From the IMG/VR virus record IMGVR_UViG_3300042554_002914: a stretch of 64,000 nt of DNA; one strand, 5' to 3'. Position 1 is the first letter of the stretch. The number at the start of each line of letters is the position of its first letter. Below the pieces are notes generated by a model that made no database searches, had not been told where the DNA came from, and saw only the letters and a program-made list of their open reading frames with translations. A program made the position numbers and the translations under genes. Positions 7,701 through 15,428 of this stretch are shown here, one piece after another. Origin of the DNA: a virus. Taxonomy: Duplodnaviria > Heunggongvirae > Uroviricota > Caudoviricetes.

Positions 7701-9530
7701 GCATTTAACTCCCAACATCCTTCTAACTGCATACCAGTGTTTTACTGAGTTAGCACCTTTCGCAAGGAGGACATGGGCTATGAAGTGTTCTCGGATTGTT
7801 AGTTTTACTCTGTTTCCTTTGGAGTTATCCCCACCGTCACACTTAGGTATGATGTGATGGACGTGGTATCCCCTTTCCTTGGAGATTCCTCTATACTTCC
7901 TGGAGGAGCAGAGTTCGTGGTACCATTTTAACCATTTGTTAGGGTGCTGGGCGCTCGTGGATGGGTTATTATTTTCGGTATTCACCATCTAGTCGTTGAA
8001 CCTTTTGACTACAACTCTATTATAGCATAGAGTCCGAAATAGTCAACTTGGCTGCTGATTGCCTTGTGTTTCAGAGAAGTCACTCCTGAAACCGTCAGGG
8101 TTCCCAGCAATTCACCCAGTTTTTCTATCAGTTTTTCAACTGACGGAGGCTATCGATCTAACCTCTTCAGGCAATTCCCAAGCCACTACTTCTTGTTCAA
8201 GAGCGTAGGGCTCAGAGTCGTAACGGCTCTGTACATACGGAATGTTAGTCCCGTAAGCACGGCGGAAGTCGTTAATAGCAAATTGTTCCTTCAATTATGT
8301 TATCGCAGGGGCTCTTTATCCCCCACTTCTCTTTGTTTCCAAAGAGTTCAGACTATATCATCGTTTTGTAAACAAAACGTCAGGCGCTCGTGGAGTTTTC
8401 ATCTGTTCTAGATTACTAACTCTAGTCGTTGAACGTTCCGTCAATCCCTTGACGGCTTCGCTGCTGATTACCATAGCATCAAACTTTCGTTTGAAGCCGT
8501 AGGCTTCCCAGCAATTCACCCAATTTTTCATAACCCCTCACGGAGTTAAGCGGCATATGGAATACCGAAGCGCAGGATACGTCCTGCACGAGTTGGCGTG
8601 TCTACCACCGGTGCTATGAATAATATACAAAACTTAACGTTTTGCTCTGCATGTTTCCATGCAGTTTAGACTATATCATCATCTTTGCCTAAGCAAAGAG
8701 TCGGGCGCTCGTGGAAAGATTATTCTTGGGTCAGTCACTTTCTAGTCGTTGAACCTTCTTACTTCACTCTTATTATAGCAACAAGAGACCCGAAGTAAAC
8801 TTGGCTGCTGATTGCCTCTTTTGCGTAGCAAAAGTAAGGTGTCCCAGCAGTTCACCCGATTATTCGACAGGGGTCACCCCCTGAAGGAACCTCATTGATT
8901 CGCAATGTTGGTAGACGGTAGCATGAAACCTTGCGCGAGGGTGGTGAGACATTTGTTAACGTAGAGGCTCTTTATTCCCTACCTCTCTTTGTTTCCAAAG
9001 AGTTCAGACTATATCATCGTTTTGTAAACAAAACGCCCGGCGCTCGTGGAGTTTTCATCTGTTCTAGATTACTAACTCTAGTCGTTGAACCTTCCTTTTC
9101 TCCCGAAAAGGCTTGGCTGCTGATTACCATAGCTTTCAAACTTTCGTTTGAAGCCGTAGGCTTCCCAGCAATTCACCGGATTTTCTTTGTTAAAAACAAA
9201 GCCACTCCTTTAAATGGGCAATATGTTATCGCAAAGGCTCTTTATCCCTTGCTTCTACATGTTTCCATGTAGGCCAGACTATATCATCATCCTATAACTC
9301 CCATGCTGAGGAGTCAAGGAGCTGGGCGCTCGTGGAGTTTTCATCTGTTCTAGATTACTAACTCTAGTCGTTGAACGTTCCGTCAATCCCTTGACGGCTT
9401 CGCTGCTGATTGCCTCTTTTGCATAGCAAAAGTAAGGTGTCCCAGCAATTCACCCAGTTTTCTGCCATCATTAAAATGACAGGGACCCTAATTAATCCAC
9501 ACCTGCGTAGGTCTGTTGTAGATTCATCAT
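4762..9530 (-). CDS. Major capsid protein, 351 aa, 10 exons: 9530-9495, 9218-9214, 8949-8898, 8620-8564, 8291-8161, 7295-7259, 6979-6942, 6669-6131, 5180-5149, 4890-4762
   Basis: Exons sum to 1056 nt in one stop-free frame MMNLQQTYAGVDPILTTLAQGFMLPSTNIANFIAPVVDTPTRAGRILRFGKEQF...NPIEDILTLKRAVANQIGIRPNSAVLG...GSGAMITNILS*; VDPILT and G.RPN motifs and position after protease/decoration genes fit an HK97-fold MCP. Confidence 0.9.
4891..5148 (-). mobile_element. Group I intron 9 of MCP gene (258 nt, ORF-less)
   Basis: P GAATTGCTGGG, Q AATCAGCAG, R TTCAACGACTA, S AAGATATAGTC; 5' exon ends in U, intron ends in G. Confidence 0.9.
5242..5919 (-). CDS. Intron-encoded HNH homing endonuclease with NUMOD3-like tail
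   Basis: HHIIPICCGG...NLVMLTRREHYIAH motif; HPWTGRKMTEEHKLKIS repeat. Confidence 0.9.
   Translation of the reverse strand: MVNTENNNPSTSAPLLIECHFLNKWEKWYWNLITSRLLLLRPIPKRRGSKNGLEKHHIIPICCGGNDEVSNLVMLTRREHYIAHLLLSLSQPHNKKLWWAIWKSSKQWGLGSREISLISPKLGSSEEAKRKNSDWHKNHFKDKSNHPWTGRKMTEEHKLKISKTLSLKVRGINNPRSRKELWSRFDELFELWVELGKPAIRKFARHLNLPDSHVTGLIRNFRKKI
5950..5977 (-). promoter_or_regulatory. Sigma70-type promoter inside intron 8, upstream of HNH ORF
   Basis: TTGACT-N16-TATAAT with extended -10 TG, about 30 nt before ATG 5919. Confidence 0.7.
6670..6941 (-). mobile_element. Group I intron 7 of MCP gene (272 nt, ORF-less)
   Basis: P/Q/R/S; IGS GGCC pairs with exon GGCU; CAUU pairs with 3' exon AAUG; terminal G. 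Confidence 0.9.
6980..7258 (-). mobile_element. Group I intron 6 of MCP gene (279 nt, ORF-less)
   Basis: P/Q/R/S; IGS GUCCAC pairs with GUGGAU; GCGUAG pairs with 3' exon CUACGC; terminal G. Confidence 0.92.
7350..7988 (-). CDS. Intron-encoded HNH homing endonuclease with NUMOD3-like repeats
   Basis: HHIIPKCDGG...NRVKLTIREHFIAH motif; KGRPKSKQMRERLS and MGKSLPEKTLKK repeats. Confidence 0.9.
   Translation of the reverse strand: MVNTENNNPSTSAQHPNKWLKWYHELCSSRKYRGISKERGYHVHHIIPKCDGGDNSKGNRVKLTIREHFIAHVLLAKGANSVKHWYAVRRMLGVKCGEGAITYRPRTSILATSLQKTSFGIAPGAAEKGRPKSKQMRERLSKTKMGKSLPEKTLKKAHEANRGRVQTEEEKEKRSESAKKYWADKEKSETHRQIAREHMAKLRKKNRGEDIV
8019..8046 (-). promoter_or_regulatory. Sigma70-type promoter inside intron 5, upstream of HNH ORF
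   Basis: Identical to the intron 8 copy: TTGACT-N16-TATAAT. Confidence 0.7.
8292..8563 (-). mobile_element. Group I intron 4 of MCP gene (272 nt, ORF-less)
   Basis: P/Q/R/S; IGS GCCG pairs with CGGU; terminal G. Confidence 0.9.
8621..8897 (-). mobile_element. Group I intron 3 of MCP gene (277 nt, ORF-less, apparent terminal A)
   Basis: P/Q/R/S; IGS GUUC pairs with GAAU; AUGAG pairs with 3' exon UUCAU; frame requires ...ATATTA|TTC. Confidence 0.85.
8950..9213 (-). mobile_element. Group I intron 2 of MCP gene (264 nt, ORF-less)
   Basis: P/Q/R/S; IGS GUGG pairs with CCAU of the micro-exon; terminal G. Confidence 0.9.
9219..9494 (-). mobile_element. Group I intron 1 of MCP gene (276 nt, ORF-less)
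   Basis: P/Q/R/S; IGS GUCC pairs with GGAU; begins with in-frame TAA; terminal G. Confidence 0.9.
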
Positions 9531-9651
9531 AATAGATGATTTCCTTTTCTAGGTTGACTTCAAAGATTGCGTTGGCAATCTAACCCAAAAGTCCGAAAAC
9601 TTCGGGGTCACTGTAGTTATACCCACACTTTGCTAATGGAAGCCTAACCAT

Positions 9652-9677
9652 AAAAAAGGAGCCCCTTTCGGAGCCCC
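9652..9677 (-). terminator. Rho-independent terminator after head decoration gene
   Basis: GGGGCTCC-GAAA-GGGGCTCC then T6. Confidence 0.8.
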
Positions 9678-9699
9678 GTAGTAAAAATTCAATCAGCAA

Positions 9700-10173
9700 T
9701 CAGTTGAAGGTTGCAATAACCAAGGTACGACGACCGATCGTAACAATCTCACGAATAAGTGGAGTGGTACCATCTAGGGTAACGTTCACACCGCTGTTGG
9801 CGACTGGGAGTGCTTTACCGTCAGTGCCAACAGAAAGGCGGCTACCAATGGTAAAAGCAGCGACAGCCGAAGCGCTTACTTCGACGATCAAAGAGCCGCT
9901 ACTGGCGACACTAACTTGACGGGCAGTTTGAGGTTGGGATAGTGCAGTCGGGATATAAGACTGGCTAACACCTACGATAGCCCCGGTAAAGGATGTTAAA
10001 TTACCAGGGGAGCAGACTAGATTAGCTCCGGCATAGGTTGCTTGAGCGACGACCGAAAATTCAGGGATTTCGACTACGCCAATACTACCAGCTTGGTTGT
10101 CGGTAGCGGCTTGCCAGGTGGAAGCATATCTGATGTACTGTTTTGCGTAAACGGGTGCAATGTTTAGACTCAT
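9700..10173 (-). CDS. Head decoration/capsid cement protein (DUF2190-like)
   Basis: 157 aa, Ala/Gly/Val-rich, IVGV...VSVASSG..IVE...IGSRLSVGTDGKA pattern; directly upstream of MCP. Confidence 0.65.
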   Translation of the reverse strand: MSLNIAPVYAKQYIRYASTWQAATDNQAGSIGVVEIPEFSVVAQATYAGANLVCSPGNLTSFTGAIVGVSQSYIPTALSQPQTARQVSVASSGSLIVEVSASAVAAFTIGSRLSVGTDGKALPVANSGVNVTLDGTTPLIREIVTIGRRTLVIATFN

Positions 10174-10281
10174 GATCTTTTTCTTAATATGTGTTGACTT
10201 TTGGTTTACTCTAGGACTTGTTTTTCACCTAGCTGATGTGATAATTGGTTTTACCCCCACTTACGTGGGGTTGCTGATGGG

Positions 10282-11043
10282 TTACCGGTAATCGACCAGA
10301 CATCTGCATCTGTCATAGCATCTGCATCTCTGCCCAGGAAGTGGTAGGGAGCCAATGGGTTGCCAACCTAACTTCTCATATTCTTTGCATTCTTTGCAAG
10401 TTTTTTTGTCCTTTTTGGCAACTCGCATCATTTCTTTATGGCCTTGTTCTTCCTTCACTAGGTAATCACCCAGTTGAAAAAATGCGTAAGCTGGGGTAAC
10501 AAGGTAGCGAGAAACCCTAGAAAAAACCCCTTGCCAGGTTTGCCCCACACCGGAATTAATCGAATTCTGTATGGCATCCTGAACCCCGGGGTCCTCAGAG
10601 TCGTAGTCGGGATCCTCTAAAATATCCCAATCATAGTCGCCAGATGGTCCTTTGGAGGCAAAATCCATTTCGTCACCGACTATAGAGATTGCATTATTGT
10701 CAAATCGAGCCTTTGTCACATTGAGGAATTTAAGTAATGGTGGCACCAATTGTCCGACAACTGTTGGCCATGCTTTTTCCAATTTTGCTTTAGGCTTCGA
10801 TGATGCTGACCCAAGGTAGACTCCTGCTAAAGATGCCTCTAAGGTTTTGTCAACCATGGCACGAGAAAACTCGTCCCACTTTATGTCTTTGTCCTTAAGA
10901 GACTTAACTAAAAGCTTAGAATCCTTAAGCATCATACTCTCTAGATTCTCAATGGTTTTAGCCTTTCTAGCTAGGGATTCGGCATTAGAGAAAAAATCTC
11001 CCCTCCTTTTAGTGGCAGAGCCAATTAAGGAAAGGAGATCCAT
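10282..11043 (-). CDS. Head morphogenesis protein (Mu gpF/SPP1 gp7-like)
   Basis: C-terminal CKEC...GWQPIGSLPLPGQRCRCYDRCRC motif. Confidence 0.7.
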   Translation of the reverse strand: MDLLSLIGSATKRRGDFFSNAESLARKAKTIENLESMMLKDSKLLVKSLKDKDIKWDEFSRAMVDKTLEASLAGVYLGSASSKPKAKLEKAWPTVVGQLVPPLLKFLNVTKARFDNNAISIVGDEMDFASKGPSGDYDWDILEDPDYDSEDPGVQDAIQNSINSGVGQTWQGVFSRVSRYLVTPAYAFFQLGDYLVKEEQGHKEMMRVAKKDKKTCKECKEYEKLGWQPIGSLPLPGQRCRCYDRCRCLVDYR

Positions 11044-11048
11044 TTAGC

Positions 11049-13622
11049 TCAGTTAGAAGTCCAAAGGCAAGTTTTGATGGCTTCCAAATAGTCGGAGGCT
11101 TCACCGCGTTTTACCATTTCAAGGGCTCTTTCATGGGGATCCATGTTTTCTAAGGTTGCTTCAAATGCTTTGTCTTCCGGTCCAACAATTTCCCCAAAAT
11201 GCACCATGCTTGGCAGGCGATTTAAAATTCCAAAGAGTTTAGACGTTGGTGTTTCACCTTCGGAGAATTCCAAGGTCCCAAATTCTAAACCTTCGCAGAA
11301 ACTTTGCAGTTCATCTTGCTGAATGATGGCATTGGTCAGTTTGCCGTCGCTATAAAGATTCTCAACGTAGTGGGAAATCCTTTGTTTATGGGCATGAACT
11401 TTCTGCTCTTCGAATTCCTTTTTGAGCCTATCATTTTCTTTCCTAAGTGCCTCAACCTCTTTCTCAATCTCCCTGTAGATTTGGGCTGGGAATCCGGTAG
11501 GACGGGCTTGACCTGCAGAACCCATTCCGCTATACTTAACTTCTTCTTCCCCGTCAGAACAAGCTCCCATGGAACCCTTGGGCTCCTTATAAGTCGAACC
11601 CTTGCCTGTTACAGTCATTGGGTCTTCCTCCTCTGCTGCCCTTTTACGGCGGGACATTTCACCTTCAGCATGGTTGACGGATGCCTTCTCACCGGACTTC
11701 TGACGGACAACCCGGACCTTATCACTTTGGGTAGCATCCTTTACGTCAACTGCCATGTCGAGATCATCGGGATCTTCCTCAGAGCGAGTTGGGAAATCAG
11801 TCGGGCCACCCTCGCGGCCACGGGGGGCTTTACCACTGGAAGTCTTGGCGGATTTCGGTTCTCGGACGACTCCCTCTTCATCAGGCTCACCACCTTCGGC
11901 ATGGTCGGCAATTGGGCCACCTTTGAGTGGGGCTCTTTTGTCGCTAGATGATTGGTGAATGACGCGGGAAGTTTTGTTACCTTTAACTGATTTGACATCT
12001 ACTGCCATATCGAGATTGTCGGGGTCTTCCTCAGAAAGGTTAGAAACTGGGGTAGGCCCTTCGCTGCGGCCATGGGGATCCTTCCCATCGGAAGTTCCAG
12101 GGCGTTGCTTCTCCGGGTACTTGGTGCTGGCATCGTCGTACTGATCGTTGTTTCTATCTTTGGCCATAGTATCTTGACCAGCCCAACGACCTTCCTGACT
12201 ATTGTCACCATCTTCCTCTCTGGCAGTTTTTAGGCGGTCTTCGTCTTGTTCGCTATTTTTTGCAGTCTTGAGACGGTCCTCGTCTTGTTCACCATCGCTG
12301 GTTACACCATCGCGGTCTTCCTCTGGGGCTTTACCGGCCTTTTGACGGGCTCCGTAGCTATCATCTTTAGATCGGGCAGTAACCGAACGGCCAGTAACTT
12401 TATCTCCGGTTTCACCTTTGTGAGTGCCAAAGGATACTTTCCCATTAGATGCGGTTTTGTGACTAACTTCGTCGTACTCTAGTTCATTGTACTCTGAATC
12501 CTCGTCATCCATTTCCTCTTCGTCCATGTCCGCTTCGTCAACAGGTTGACTGGGGGCTTTCTTTTTCTTGGACTTGGAAACTTCCTTATGCTGAGAATCG
12601 ATACCTTCCTCAAATACTTGCTCAACAACCTGAACCTCCTGGCCACCAGCCCCTTTAGAGACACGGCGCTTAATGCCTTCCTCGAATTCGGTGTCTTGGC
12701 GCTCTGGTTCATCCTCGGAGGAGTCCATCATTTCGGACTCATTGCCACCTTCGGTAACTTCCTTGAATTCCCCGTCTTCTTCGGCATCATTAAGATCGGC
12801 TTTGGGGGAAGCCTCTGGTTTGGACATTTTTGGCTTGTTTTCTGGTGCTTTGGTTTCTAGATTGGCTACTTCTTGAGTAGACTCAGCGCCTTCGCGCCCC
12901 AAGTTCTTTTTCATTTCAGAGAATTGCTGATTAGGGTTATCGGGGTTGGCGTTTTGATCCGCCGAATTTGTGGTTTCAGGTTGTTGGCCTTGGCCGACAT
13001 CTGGTTCTGTTTGTTGGTCCTGGTTTTGTTCTAGTTGCTGTAGGGACTGATTGACTTCACTTTTGACTTCATCTAGTCTTTCTTTTAGCATTTCTAGGGG
13101 ACTTTTTTCTATAAGCAGCGTCGGTCCTAAGTCCTTATCAAAAATTTGGTCAGGGGACAGGGCCACCGCAAAGTCGAAAACTCCCTCTTCTTCGCTGAAA
13201 GAGAATGGCTCCAAGCCTTTCACAGCTGGGGGTGCAGCTCCGAGCAATGCCAAATGCCTTGCACTCCACTTGCCTTTGTGTGGGTTAATGGGGGAATCGG
13301 GGGAATAGAAGGAAATGGAAACTTTCCTATAATGACCACCTCTAACTAAGTCCTTAGCTACATCTGTAAATTCTACATCTGCATATAAGTCATCACCCTT
13401 TTGAGAGAATCCTTTAATCCACCCGTAAGCAGGTACGCTGTCGTTATCTCCAGAGTGGCCAATTACAAGGGGGGCTGAATGGACTTTGGGGTCATATGAG
13501 TTTGCAACTTCCTTAAGGTCGTCAGCAGAGAAGTTCCTCTGCACACCCTGTGCGCTAGTTTGGGGGCCAGCTTTAAATACGTGGACTTTTTTTGAGAACA
13601 CTTTTTTATCGGATTTACTCAT
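11049..13622 (-). CDS. Mu-like prohead protease/scaffold with long acidic linker
   Basis: APLVIGH, PAYGW, YRKVSISFY, HLALLGAAPPAVKGL motifs; C-terminal coiled coil. Confidence 0.85.
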   Translation of the reverse strand: MSKSDKKVFSKKVHVFKAGPQTSAQGVQRNFSADDLKEVANSYDPKVHSAPLVIGHSGDNDSVPAYGWIKGFSQKGDDLYADVEFTDVAKDLVRGGHYRKVSISFYSPDSPINPHKGKWSARHLALLGAAPPAVKGLEPFSFSEEEGVFDFAVALSPDQIFDKDLGPTLLIEKSPLEMLKERLDEVKSEVNQSLQQLEQNQDQQTEPDVGQGQQPETTNSADQNANPDNPNQQFSEMKKNLGREGAESTQEVANLETKAPENKPKMSKPEASPKADLNDAEEDGEFKEVTEGGNESEMMDSSEDEPERQDTEFEEGIKRRVSKGAGGQEVQVVEQVFEEGIDSQHKEVSKSKKKKAPSQPVDEADMDEEEMDDEDSEYNELEYDEVSHKTASNGKVSFGTHKGETGDKVTGRSVTARSKDDSYGARQKAGKAPEEDRDGVTSDGEQDEDRLKTAKNSEQDEDRLKTAREEDGDNSQEGRWAGQDTMAKDRNNDQYDDASTKYPEKQRPGTSDGKDPHGRSEGPTPVSNLSEEDPDNLDMAVDVKSVKGNKTSRVIHQSSSDKRAPLKGGPIADHAEGGEPDEEGVVREPKSAKTSSGKAPRGREGGPTDFPTRSEEDPDDLDMAVDVKDATQSDKVRVVRQKSGEKASVNHAEGEMSRRKRAAEEEDPMTVTGKGSTYKEPKGSMGACSDGEEEVKYSGMGSAGQARPTGFPAQIYREIEKEVEALRKENDRLKKEFEEQKVHAHKQRISHYVENLYSDGKLTNAIIQQDELQSFCEGLEFGTLEFSEGETPTSKLFGILNRLPSMVHFGEIVGPEDKAFEATLENMDPHERALEMVKRGEASDYLEAIKTCLWTSN

Positions 13623-13624
13623 GC

Positions 13625-15352
13625 TTATTTTTTACCCTTGACCTTGTTTTCCATCTCTGATATTATAGAGTCTATTTCCTTACCGGAAATTCCACTTGTG
13701 GATTCGGTCTCATTTGCCTCTTCCTCAGGGAGTTCCCCCGGTTCGGATTCCCCTGGTTCTTCAGCCAATGCAGAGTCTAACTCGGATAGTAAGGAGTCTA
13801 ACTCTTTGTTGGCTTTGCTATTTTTCTTTTTTGGTTGCTTTTCTACAGGGGGTTGCTTTGTTGGAGTTTCTTCATTCGGAGTCGTCTCATCCGGGGTTTC
13901 TTCACCCTGAATTCCCCCATCCGGGGCCTCTTCATCTGGGGTCACATCACCCATGGTCACCTCATCCCGGGCCACATCATCCGGGGCCATCTCAGTGGTA
14001 GATCCAGGGGGCCCTTCAGCATCGCCACCCGAACCATCTTCTGGACCGAAAATCGACTCATATAGGTTCTTATCCTTTTCAGGGTCAAACGTAGTTTCTC
14101 CTTCGCTACCTTGTTGGCCTTCAGCAGATTTGGCCTCATCTTCTAGATCAACTCTAAAGTGCCTCTCAATCCATTCTCTACGGGGTTTGAAACCATTTTG
14201 AATCAATAGGGAAACATCAGCGGGTGTCAGTTGGGACTCCTCAATTCTGAACTCCCTAGTTAAGGTCGGAGATGCAACATCAGCACCGAAATTTAAATCT
14301 ACAATCCACCTTACCAAAGTTTGAGTTAGTTGATGACAGATCATTTCTGATATCTCAGATGCCCTCACCACTCGAACTACGTTAGCAACCATCGACGAAG
14401 CCCTGGAACCAGACTCAGCCTGCCCAGCTTCATTTTCACCGCAAATCAGAAGGCTAATGACTTTATCCAGGTAGTCAATCAAGCCTTTAAACACATCGGG
14501 GCTACCTTCAGGGTTAATAAAATCCAATACGAACCCTTCAGGTAAAACCATCGCGGTCTCTTGGGATAAATTTGAGATCATCCCATAAATATTATCGATT
14601 TCGGCTGTTGATGCACTTAGGGGGGCAGTTGCTACGGTAGTCGGGGTTGCATATCTGTCACCATAAAGGACATAAGACTCTAATGCCCTCTTCCTAAACT
14701 TCACCAGGGGGTATAAAATACGACCAATCGAAGAACCATAGGGATCCCCATTATGCTGAGTCCAGTACCTATTGATGATGAATTTACGCGCAGGTAGCTC
14801 GATACCTTCAAACATCCTGTTGAATGTCAAGCAACGCATTGTAAAACCTGTTTGAGAATCCTCAGCTTCTTGGAAGACAAATCGGCGCTGGTCTCTAACT
14901 CGAACATCAAATGGGATGACACCCCGCTTGGTTTTCTTCCACATTACTTCCGCAACACTGAAACCAACAATTAAGGCTTCGGCTAAGCCTTTGAAAATAT
15001 CGTCTATTGGCAACTCCTCTAAAACTTCTGCTACAAAGTCCCTGACGGCTAAATCCCCAGGTTTATCGCTGTATTCCTGAACATACCATGGCCTAGACGT
15101 AACTTCCTGGAGCAACTTAGAGTAAGAACCCTGGACTTGTTCATCCAATAGCAACCTTTGGTAAGTTGATAATGCGCGATTACCTCCCTTTTGGATTAGT
15201 AGGTCGTCATTAGGGCGAACAATGCTGGAACCAGTCCCCGTAAAAGGAGAGCTAGAACCAAACATGTAAATGGAACTAAGCGCATACGGGTTACTGATGT
15301 ACGAGCTTATTTCACCGGTTGGGACAGGCGATGTCTTAAATCTTTTGGCCAT
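13625..15352 (-). CDS. Portal protein (Mu gp29/DUF935)
   Basis: GFSVAEVMW, DPYGSSIGRILY, ISLLICGE, LVRWIVDLNFG motifs; acidic tail. Confidence 0.88.
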   Translation of the reverse strand: MAKRFKTSPVPTGEISSYISNPYALSSIYMFGSSSPFTGTGSSIVRPNDDLLIQKGGNRALSTYQRLLLDEQVQGSYSKLLQEVTSRPWYVQEYSDKPGDLAVRDFVAEVLEELPIDDIFKGLAEALIVGFSVAEVMWKKTKRGVIPFDVRVRDQRRFVFQEAEDSQTGFTMRCLTFNRMFEGIELPARKFIINRYWTQHNGDPYGSSIGRILYPLVKFRKRALESYVLYGDRYATPTTVATAPLSASTAEIDNIYGMISNLSQETAMVLPEGFVLDFINPEGSPDVFKGLIDYLDKVISLLICGENEAGQAESGSRASSMVANVVRVVRASEISEMICHQLTQTLVRWIVDLNFGADVASPTLTREFRIEESQLTPADVSLLIQNGFKPRREWIERHFRVDLEDEAKSAEGQQGSEGETTFDPEKDKNLYESIFGPEDGSGGDAEGPPGSTTEMAPDDVARDEVTMGDVTPDEEAPDGGIQGEETPDETTPNEETPTKQPPVEKQPKKKNSKANKELDSLLSELDSALAEEPGESEPGELPEEEANETESTSGISGKEIDSIISEMENKVKGKK

Positions 15353-15428
15353 TGCCTTCCCCCTTGTTGATATGATGTTTGACCAAGCTACTAAATGTTA
15401 CGCTGTAGAGGTTTTACCCCGTGGAAAC

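Larger units (their letters stand above)
7296..8160 (-). mobile_element. Group I intron 5 of MCP gene (865 nt) with HNH endonuclease
   Basis: P/Q/R/S; IGS GCCUC pairs with GAGGU; UCGAU pairs with 3' exon AUCGA; terminal G. Confidence 0.92.

Noticed and set aside
4510-9272. Plus-strand ORFs sharing LLVVERS...LLI text
   Set aside because: Antisense readings of repeated intron cores
4891-9494. Repeated blocks as a CRISPR array or IS/MITE cluster
   Set aside because: Units are about 270 nt with ordered group I core motifs and in-frame exons between them; no constant repeat-spacer period, cas genes, terminal inverted repeats or transposase
4762-9530. Inteins, group II introns or a diversity-generating retroelement
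   Set aside because: Inserts contain stops, lack GUGYG/AY ends, and no reverse transcriptase is present
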